64,000 bases of DNA, from NCBI GenBank assembly GCA_039028335.1, contig JBCCIF010000001.1, positions 33,090 to 97,089 of the forward strand. Direction: 5' to 3'. This DNA is from Bacteroidota bacterium (lineage in GTDB: Bacteria > Bacteroidota > Bacteroidia > Flavobacteriales_D > JABDKJ01). The notes under the pieces were generated by a model. That model was given only the letters and a program-made list of their open reading frames with translations. It was not told where the DNA came from and did not search any database. Both the position numbers and the translations under genes were made by a program. This document shows positions 9,247 through 17,798 of this stretch, in pieces. The first letter of the stretch is position 1, and each line of letters opens with the position of its first letter.

Positions 9247-9766
9247 TATGAATCATAAATTTCAAATCATTCCATTTGATAGACCCATATATTTGGATGG
9301 TACAAATTTCACCTGCGGCAACCAAACGATTCTGTTACCGAAAGGCGTTCCTTATAAGGAACAGATAAATTTTAAACAATAATGAAATTGTTCATTCGAA
9401 GAATTTAAATTCTGCGGTTATTAAAGTTTTGAGTGAACTTGGGATTACTCTGCTATATGAAGATGAAGGAGGACTAGAAAAGCAATTTTGTAATGTTGCA
9501 ATTCTCACAGTATTCTTTACAAATAAATTTACTGCCCTTTATGTTGGTGAATCCACGGCAATAAGACAAGGCACTGAATTTGTAAATGTAACTTACAAGT
9601 TTGTTCATGCGGAAAATGGATGAAAGCTTGATTACTATTTTCAAGGCGACATGGATAACTAAAATAGTTCAATTTTATTACTTATGGCTCAGAAATAATC
9701 ATTCACACATTTCATAATTGATCTATGAAACTCAAATCGCTTGAGGCTAACTTGACAAGCATAATT

Positions 9767-11617
9767 CTATTCCCTCAAAAGCAACAAATCTCCACTCAAT
9801 GATAAACGATTTCCATTGATATCTAGGTAGTCAATTACCCAAAAATAAGTTCCTGAAGAACAGCCATGTGCTTCACAAGACCCATCCCAACCCAAGGCTA
9901 AAGATAATGTGGTATAGACTTGACCTCCCCAACGGTTGTAGATGTACATGCTGCCTTCGGTAAAAGCATTGATATCAAAAGGCCGAAAGACATCATTATA
10001 CCCATCACCATTGGGACTGAAGACATTCGGCATAGCAAGAATGATTTCGCAAGCATCTTCTTCCACATATACAGAATCTGACTTCAAACATCCATTCTGC
10101 GTAACTTCAACGCTATACAATCCTTCCTCTGTGACCAAATAGTTTTGATCTGTGCTCCCGTCTTGCCAGAGGTAAGTAGCGTCAGAAATGGCGAGATTGA
10201 AAAAGAGGCTATCTGAATTGCAAAGAAGTACATCATCCGGAAGATCAATAATAATTTCTGGATAATAGTTTATTTCGATCTCGTCTGAATCATTGCTGCA
10301 ATGGTCTTCAACGCTCACGGAATAGCTGCCTTCTGAAGTAACGAGAAAGGTAGGTTCAGTTGAGTTATCTTGCCATTCGTAATTGGCAAAAGGAGAAAAT
10401 GCATCCAATATAATAGAGTCTCCAGAACAAAGGTTCTGATCTTCTCCTAAATCAATGCTGATTGAGGGCAAATAGTTTACAGAAATACTATCTGTAAACA
10501 TTCCGCACTCGTCTTCCATCTCAATCCAATACACACCATCTTCGACAATATTAAAATTTTCCAAGCTACTCCCATCACTCCAGCTAAAGTTGTCGGCAGT
10601 TGAAGGGGCATTGAGCGTCAAAGTCTGTCCCTGACATAAACTTGTGTCATTACCCAAAGTAAAACTAGCCGTAGGGTTAATTTGAACATGAATCAAAGCA
10701 GTGTCACACACAGTATAGCCTATATAGGTTGTATTTTGAGTTGGAATTATTTGAAGTATTTCTTCAGTGCTAAAAATCTCTGTTGGTGATGTGCTCTCAG
10801 CCCAACCAACGAATTCATTGATTTCTGAACTCAAAACAATTTCATCTCCTAAACATACATTCAAGGTATCATAAGTGTTTTGACATGCTTTTCTTACAGT
10901 AATGTCGTCAAGAAAGTAATAACCTCTATTCCACCGTGTACTCGAGTTAAAGTCTATTTCCAATTGGGGAATGACTGCAAAGTTTCCTATCGTCAAATAT
11001 TCAAATTCCTCTGTAGCTACGAACGTTCCACTTATTTTTTGCCACTGTTCACTTTCATAAATCACATTTGTCTCAACTACTTGAGGTTCCACTATTAGTG
11101 GGTCGCAGTCTAAAGGGAAATTGAAAGAATCTTGAGTGAAATAAAATCCCATATAATTTGTGAAAAAAGCACATGAATCTGCATGTGAAACATACATCTC
11201 GGCATAGTAAGATTCACCTATCTGTAAAGATTCTTCTAATTTGACAGAAGCGTATTCTTTCCATTGATTGCTCACATTGTTACAGGACACACCGTAAGTA
11301 ACAACTGCGATCATAACATTTCCTGTCCTTGGCGCCTGTTGTCCTCTTGTGTCTTGAAATGCATCACCTGAAAAAAAACAATGTGCAGGACAAGACTCAT
11401 CGACCAAAAGAGAATAAATATCCGGAGTGGCTTGTGTAGGCTTGTACCAATTTGTCAGAGTTGTATCAAATGTAAAGTCATTTTGAATCCATCCACAAGG
11501 CAAAACCGAATTAAAACTCTCAAAACTGTAATTCGGAACCAAGTTTTGGGAAAATCCGAAAAGCGGAAGAAATATAACTATGAAAAGAAGTTTAGGCATG
11601 TGTATTTTCGCAATCAA
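9767..11617 (-). CDS. T9SS type-B (gliding-motility-associated, CHU_C-type) C-terminal domain cell-surface protein
   Basis: 616-aa ORF with a signal peptide (LFIVIFLPLFGFSQN) and three clear ~63-aa Cys-containing tandem repeats. The C-terminus NVFSPNGDGYNDVFRPF...WDG...G.YFW is typical of the type-B sorting domain. Confidence 0.85.
   Translation of the reverse strand: MIAKIHMPKLLFIVIFLPLFGFSQNLVPNYSFESFNSVLPCGWIQNDFTFDTTLTNWYKPTQATPDIYSLLVDESCPAHCFFSGDAFQDTRGQQAPRTGNVMIAVVTYGVSCNNVSNQWKEYASVKLEESLQIGESYYAEMYVSHADSCAFFTNYMGFYFTQDSFNFPLDCDPLIVEPQVVETNVIYESEQWQKISGTFVATEEFEYLTIGNFAVIPQLEIDFNSSTRWNRGYYFLDDITVRKACQNTYDTLNVCLGDEIVLSSEINEFVGWAESTSPTEIFSTEEILQIIPTQNTTYIGYTVCDTALIHVQINPTASFTLGNDTSLCQGQTLTLNAPSTADNFSWSDGSSLENFNIVEDGVYWIEMEDECGMFTDSISVNYLPSISIDLGEDQNLCSGDSIILDAFSPFANYEWQDNSTEPTFLVTSEGSYSVSVEDHCSNDSDEIEINYYPEIIIDLPDDVLLCNSDSLFFNLAISDATYLWQDGSTDQNYLVTEEGLYSVEVTQNGCLKSDSVYVEEDACEIILAMPNVFSPNGDGYNDVFRPFDINAFTEGSMYIYNRWGGQVYTTLSLALGWDGSCEAHGCSSGTYFWVIDYLDINGNRLSLSGDLLLLRE
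10058..10663 (-). repeat. three tandem ~63-aa protein repeats (LG-x-D-x-x-LC ... Y-x-WQDGST ... G-x-Y-x-V-x-V) inside the T9SS type-B protein
   Basis: By-eye alignment of aa 319-520: FTLGNDTSLCQGQ..., IDLGEDQNLCSGD..., IDLPDDVLLCNSD.... One degenerate copy lies upstream. Confidence 0.7.
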
Positions 11618-11640
11618 AAATAAACAAAATGCCTTGTCTT

Positions 11641-12852
11641 TTAGGCTTCTGCACCCTGTTTGATCACACCTAGCTCTAGTCCTACTTTTTCAAAAGCGGC
11701 AATGGCTTTGTCCAAATGATGCTGTTCATGTCCCGCACTAAGTTGAACGCGGATACGTGCTTTTTCTTTCGGCACCACGGGATAATAGAATCCAATGACA
11801 TAAATGCCCTCTTCCAATAATTTATCCGCCATTACCTGAGAGAGTTTGGCATCGTAAAGCATTACCGGAACAATGGCCGAATCGCCTTGCACAATGTCAA
11901 AGCCCAATTTGGCCATACCCTCTTTAAAATAGTTCGTATTCCATTCCAGCTTATCTCGCAGTTCTGTCGAGTCCATCAAGATATCCATTACGGCAATGGA
12001 AGAGGCCACGATATTTGGAGCGAGTGAGTTTGAGAACAAATAAGGGCGTGAACGCTGACGGAGCATTTCGATGATTTCTTTGCGTCCGGTCGTATAACCA
12101 CCCATGGCACCACCAAGGGCTTTGCCCAGCGTGCCTGTGATGATATCAACACGGCCCATGACATCGCAATGCTCAGTGGTTCCCCTACCGGTTTTTCCAA
12201 TAAATCCGGCAGCATGGCATTCGTCTACCATCACCAATGCATCGTATTGATCCGCTAAGTCGCAAATGCCTTTGAGGTTGGCGACCACACCATCCATAGA
12301 GAAAACACCATCGGTAACGATGATCTTGAATCGGTGATTTTGCGCAGAGGCTTCTTTTAATTTGGCCTCTAAATCCGCCATATCATTATTGTTATAGCGA
12401 TAACGTGCCGCTTTGCACAATCTGACCCCGTCAATTATTGACGCGTGATTCAAGGAATCAGAAATGATGGCATCTTCTTTCGTGAAAAGCGGTTCGAAAA
12501 CCCCTCCATTTGCATCGAAACAAGCTGCATAGAGAATAGTGTCTTCCGTTCCGTGAAATTGAGCTAATTTCTCTTCCAGCTCTTTGTGAATGTCTTGCGT
12601 GCCGCAAATAAAGCGCACAGAGGACATGCCATAGCCATGAGTGTCTAAAGCCTTTTTCGATGCTTCAATGACACTGGGATGACAGGAAAGACCCAGATAA
12701 TTATTGGCACAGAAATTAATGACTTCATCTCCGGTATTCACTGAAATATCCGCTCCTTGAGGACTCGTGATTACCCGTTCTTTTTTGAAGAGACCTGCTT
12801 CAGTGATTTCTTGCAATTCTTGTTGAAGGTGTTCTTTAATTTTTCCGTACAT
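11641..12852 (-). CDS. kbl: 2-amino-3-ketobutyrate CoA ligase (glycine C-acetyltransferase)
   Basis: 403-aa ORF of the alpha-oxoamine synthase family. N-terminus [16 protein letters not shown] is typical of Kbl, and the PLP-lysine region is [10 protein letters not shown]. Confidence 0.88.
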   Translation of the reverse strand: MYGKIKEHLQQELQEITEAGLFKKERVITSPQGADISVNTGDEVINFCANNYLGLSCHPSVIEASKKALDTHGYGMSSVRFICGTQDIHKELEEKLAQFHGTEDTILYAACFDANGGVFEPLFTKEDAIISDSLNHASIIDGVRLCKAARYRYNNNDMADLEAKLKEASAQNHRFKIIVTDGVFSMDGVVANLKGICDLADQYDALVMVDECHAAGFIGKTGRGTTEHCDVMGRVDIITGTLGKALGGAMGGYTTGRKEIIEMLRQRSRPYLFSNSLAPNIVASSIAVMDILMDSTELRDKLEWNTNYFKEGMAKLGFDIVQGDSAIVPVMLYDAKLSQVMADKLLEEGIYVIGFYYPVVPKEKARIRVQLSAGHEQHHLDKAIAAFEKVGLELGVIKQGAEA

Positions 12853-12880
12853 AATTTTGAAAGTTAGGGGTCTTTAGATT

Positions 12881-12891
12881 TGAGTCTTGAG
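12881..12891. repeat. left arm TGAGTCTTGAG of an 11-bp perfect inverted repeat (partner at 13050-13060)
   Basis: Read directly. The reverse complement CTCAAGACTCA occurs at 13050-13060. The heptamer CAAGACT recurs at 13052, 13065 and 13072. Confidence 0.8.
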
Positions 12892-12985
12892 TTCTTCTGC
12901 GAAGATATGCTTTATCTTTTTATTCTTCTCATCCCGACAAGGTATAGCCCAGAGTATGGTCCCCAATTCATTGGGGATGATTCAT

Positions 12986-13012
12986 AAAAAAAGCCCATCC
13001 TAAATTGGATGG
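12986..13012 (-). terminator. putative Rho-independent terminator downstream of gdhA
   Basis: Minus strand reads CCATCC-AATTTA-GGATGG followed by GCTTTTTTT (6-bp stem plus a 7-T run). A second 6-bp hairpin TCCCCA/TGGGGA lies at about 12960-12977. Confidence 0.55.
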
Positions 13013-13049
13013 ACTCTTCAACATATTTCGTTTTCTTGGAAAAGTCCTT

Positions 13050-13078
13050 CTCAAGACTCATAACCAAGACTCAAGACT
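13050..13078. repeat. right arm CTCAAGACTCA plus tandem CAAGACT heptamers directly after the gdhA stop
   Basis: Read directly: tCAAGACTcataacCAAGACTCAAGACTg. Confidence 0.8.
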
Positions 13079-13080
13079 GT

Positions 13081-14481
<1,401 letters not shown>

Positions 14482-14521
14482 CTAATCATTTTTATATCTT
14501 TAGTTTACATAACACCAGAAC

Positions 14522-15541
14522 ATGAAAAGATTCTATTTTTTAATTCCTACGCTATTCATTTTCATAAATTTTTCGGCTCAGAATCAGGGACAACTATGTG
14601 TGGATTGTTCCCTCATTGACCCAGATGCTATTTGTCCAACCATATTTGCTCCTGTTTGCGGTTGCGATGGGGTAACCTACAGCAATGATTGTGTCGCCAT
14701 TAATTCTGCTGGAGTGGTGACCTATACGGATGGTCCTTGCCCAGGAACAGTCATTGACCAATGTGTTGATGTTACGGGAATAGATTTTGGGGTTTGCGCA
14801 GCCATTATCGGCTATGCAATGCTCAACGGGCAATGTCAGGCTGTTTCGGGCTGTTCGACCATGGACCCCAATGGTAATGATTACGAAATCGCTTTTTATG
14901 AGACCATAGAAGATTGTATTTCAAATTGTGATTGCCCGGCTATGGGTGTTGATAGTGATGACGATGGGGTGAATGACGATGAAGATTGCGCGCCACAAGA
15001 CCCAACTATTTATCCAGGTGCACCAGAGCTCTGCGATGGCCTTGACAACGATTGTGATCAGGAGATTGATGAAGGCCTTCCGACCTTCACGTATTATTTA
15101 GATAGCGATGAAGATGGCTATGGTGTGGCGACTGATTCTTTGATAACATGTTCAGATGTAGAGCCTATAGGTTGGGTAGGAAATATCATGGATTGTGATG
15201 ATAGCAATCCTGAAATTAATCCAGATGCTGAAGACATCCCCAATAATGGTATAGATGAAGACTGTGATGGAATGGATTTGATCAATAGCCTTGCTGATTT
15301 AAGGGATTTAGGCGTTCAATTTTATCCCAACCCCAGTTCAGGACAAGTAGTCATTGAAAACAGCAATAATGAGCTTCTGAATATACGCCTTATCGATCTT
15401 CGAGGAAGTATTTTGCATCGTTGGAATCTAAGCGATCAACGACTTTATTTGGACATTAGTAAATGGCAAGCAGGTATGTACGTGCTGCAATTTGAAACAG
15501 CCAATAGTAGAATGAATGCTCCATTAATTAAATTGGATTAA
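14522..15541 (+). CDS. secreted multi-domain protein: Kazal-like module, second 6-Cys (Kunitz-like?) module, MopE-type metal-binding repeats, T9SS type-A C-terminal sorting domain
   Basis: Signal peptide. CPTIFAPVCGCDGVTYSNDC...GPC matches the Kazal core C-x7-C-x6-Y-x3-C. A second Cys-rich block runs aa 81-136. DSDDDGVNDDEDCAPQDPTIYPGAPELCDGLDNDCDQEIDEG and DCDDSNPEINPDAEDIPNNGIDEDCDG match the MopE-like motif. The C-terminus reads FYPNPSSGQVVIEN...AGMYVLQF. Confidence 0.8.
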   Translation: MKRFYFLIPTLFIFINFSAQNQGQLCVDCSLIDPDAICPTIFAPVCGCDGVTYSNDCVAINSAGVVTYTDGPCPGTVIDQCVDVTGIDFGVCAAIIGYAMLNGQCQAVSGCSTMDPNGNDYEIAFYETIEDCISNCDCPAMGVDSDDDGVNDDEDCAPQDPTIYPGAPELCDGLDNDCDQEIDEGLPTFTYYLDSDEDGYGVATDSLITCSDVEPIGWVGNIMDCDDSNPEINPDAEDIPNNGIDEDCDGMDLINSLADLRDLGVQFYPNPSSGQVVIENSNNELLNIRLIDLRGSILHRWNLSDQRLYLDISKWQAGMYVLQFETANSRMNAPLIKLD

Positions 15542-16584
15542 TCAAATAGAGAAAGTTCTCCCTTGTCTACTTTTTGCAGGATTCTGTTCATTCCTTTTTC
15601 ATCCATACTTGGCCAAAAAATTGACTGATGATAAGGAAAGAATAGACGATTGTTTCTAAAGTATTGAATGCGTTCTATGGAGCTTTGATAGTCAAATAAG
15701 AAAATTTCGAATCGATTCGTATTGACTTCTTGGAGTATATCGGATTGCATATTTACATAGGTCTCCAGTGAATCGTAATTTATGTGATGGGTGAAATAGA
15801 GCTGTGATTCATCAATGGTCAATTCTTTTCTGAGTTTAAAGCTGTGAAGGACCATATGATCACACAGGCGACTGAAAAAACGATTGTCAATTTCGCCTTG
15901 TTGAACCTTGTATTTCATACCGCGAATAATGGGTCCGACATTCAAATTCAAGTTTTCTTTTAGAATATTTTCAATCAAGTCCATTACCCATTGACCCGCA
16001 TCTTGCTCATTAAAACGCTTGGCAATTAAAAATCGATTCAAAGGAAGGATATTGTATACCGCATATTTATTGTTGACGATATGCGGACTTCCTGCAATAT
16101 AGTTCAGTTCTCCATTTTCGTATTCCCAATTCATTCCAAAAAGGCTGTCATTCATCAGAATTTCGAAAAGTTCATCTTGCAGGCTTTTGTCTTTTTCGGC
16201 TTTGCAGACTTCTATATCCAGCCAATTATCAGGCGTCAATTTTGCCATGAAATCACTTCCATTTCTTCTATCGCTACGCTTGAGTAATTCTACTATAGAG
16301 ATTCCAGTCTGCTGAAAATAGTGACTATTCCAATCGCAAAAAACCTGTGGATCTGGATCTGAATAAAGCATCGCGCAGGCCGCATTGAATAAATCAATAG
16401 CGAAGGGATCTAAATAAGTAAATGCATCTTGATAACTGTAATAGGCAGCTTCAAAGGAATCGCTCAACAAATGTTTTTCGGCAAGGTGAATATGCGTATA
16501 GTATTCTTGAACATTCGCTTTTTCAGCCAGACCTGTATCGTTTATTCCAATAAGGAAAAGCAAAATGAATACAATGCGAACCAT
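15538..16584 (-). CDS. hypothetical secreted protein
   Basis: 348-aa ORF with an N-terminal signal-like segment MVRIVFILLFLIGINDTGLA. I recognise no motif. Convergent 4-nt overlap with the previous gene. Confidence 0.6.
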   Translation of the reverse strand: MVRIVFILLFLIGINDTGLAEKANVQEYYTHIHLAEKHLLSDSFEAAYYSYQDAFTYLDPFAIDLFNAACAMLYSDPDPQVFCDWNSHYFQQTGISIVELLKRSDRRNGSDFMAKLTPDNWLDIEVCKAEKDKSLQDELFEILMNDSLFGMNWEYENGELNYIAGSPHIVNNKYAVYNILPLNRFLIAKRFNEQDAGQWVMDLIENILKENLNLNVGPIIRGMKYKVQQGEIDNRFFSRLCDHMVLHSFKLRKELTIDESQLYFTHHINYDSLETYVNMQSDILQEVNTNRFEIFLFDYQSSIERIQYFRNNRLFFPYHQSIFWPSMDEKGMNRILQKVDKGELSLFD

Positions 16585-16645
16585 GATACTAGATTAAAAT
16601 TTTATTCCCTTGACCTCTTTAATTTAACAAGAAATTAACCGGAGA

Positions 16646-17743
16646 TTAGACCAACTCGTATACCTTACCTGGTAAAGAGCGCACCAAGCCATTAAATTCT
16701 AAATTTAAAAGATGAGCTGATGCCTCGCTTATCGGCATTTCAGACTTGTAACTGATATTGTCTATGGTGTCTGATCCTAATTTGAGAAGATTGATCAGTT
16801 GTTCCTCTTTGGGATTGAGATCAACAAAAGCCTGTGTTTGTATGGCTTTCTGACCTTGCTCTTTTTCCCAATTCATGATGTATTCCAAATCTGAGATATC
16901 TGTGAAGATATGGGCCTTATGTGTTTTGATTAAGCGATGACAGCCTTCCGAATATCCGTCTGTAACCCGACCTGGAACGGCAAACACATCTCTGTTGTAT
17001 TGATTCCCAAATTCAGCCGTAATCATGGATCCACCGGTATATGCTGATTCTACCACAATTATGGCATCTGACATGCCGGCTATAATGCGATTTCTGGCAG
17101 GAAAATTATCTCTAAGCGAAGGAGTCCCAGAGGTGAATTCAGAAATTATCCCTCCTTTTTCCATCATAGCTCTTGCCGTATTTTTGTGCGCTGCAGGATA
17201 AAACTTATCCAATCCATGTGCCATGACGCCAATTGTGCTGAGCTCGTTCTTTAAGGCTGCTTTATGAGCTGCAACATCTATTCCATAGGCCAATCCAGAA
17301 ATGACCAAGGGATAATGATCCTTGAGCTTTTCTATAAGCATTCGCGTAAAATCAGACCCATACTGAGTTGCGCTTCTTGTGCCAACTACAGAAATGCACT
17401 TTTCTGAATTAAATTCTACATTTCCTTTACTGAAGAGAATGACCGGTCCATCATCACAGTGTTTGAGCCGATTGGGGTAATTCTCATCCCGATAAAAATG
17501 AAGTCCGATAGCATTCTTCTGAGAGAATTCAAATTCCGCTTCGGCTCGAGACAAAACGGCTTGTGAACTGAGTTTTTTTGCCATTGCACGCCCAATGCCA
17601 GGAATTTTTTCCAAGGCTTTTTGAGATTGATGAAAAATGGCTTCCTCACCTCCGCAATAGGCCATTAATTTCTTGAGCGTTATGCTTCCCGCTCCTTCAA
17701 GAAAACACAGGCCTAATCTGTATATCCATTTTTGATCTTGCAA
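16646..17743 (-). CDS. dprA: DNA processing protein DprA (Smf)
   Basis: 365-aa ORF with an N-terminal HhH/SAM-like region, a Rossmann-like DprA core (VVGTRSATQYG, VISGLAYGIDVAAH, VVESAYTGGSMITA) and a C-terminal winged-helix tail. Confidence 0.9.
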   Translation of the reverse strand: MQDQKWIYRLGLCFLEGAGSITLKKLMAYCGGEEAIFHQSQKALEKIPGIGRAMAKKLSSQAVLSRAEAEFEFSQKNAIGLHFYRDENYPNRLKHCDDGPVILFSKGNVEFNSEKCISVVGTRSATQYGSDFTRMLIEKLKDHYPLVISGLAYGIDVAAHKAALKNELSTIGVMAHGLDKFYPAAHKNTARAMMEKGGIISEFTSGTPSLRDNFPARNRIIAGMSDAIIVVESAYTGGSMITAEFGNQYNRDVFAVPGRVTDGYSEGCHRLIKTHKAHIFTDISDLEYIMNWEKEQGQKAIQTQAFVDLNPKEEQLINLLKLGSDTIDNISYKSEMPISEASAHLLNLEFNGLVRSLPGKVYELV

Positions 17744-17762
17744 ATGGGCTTTTTATCTTTTG

Positions 17763-17770
17763 TAGATTTG
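17763..17770 (+). promoter_or_regulatory. -7 promoter element TAGATTTG upstream of the TonB-dependent receptor
   Basis: Matches TAnnTTTG, 28 nt upstream of the ATG at 17799. This argues against the TTG start at 17778 in the track. Confidence 0.45.
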
Positions 17771-17798
17771 TATTGTTTTGAAAGCAAATATAATTGAA

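Noticed and set aside
9429-9623. 64-codon ORF in the islet's non-coding tail, and a 44-codon ATG ORF at 9248-9382
   Set aside because: The first has only a TTG start and no internal Met, and I saw no promoter motif. The second is below any reliable size threshold. Both are kept only as possible gene remnants in the islet finding, not as features.
8312-9766. Target-site duplication or att-like direct repeats flanking the AT-rich islet
   Set aside because: Only a weak resemblance is visible between TAATGAACTAATCTATCA near 8330 and TAATTGATCTATGAAACT near 9715. That is not enough to claim insertion-site repeats.
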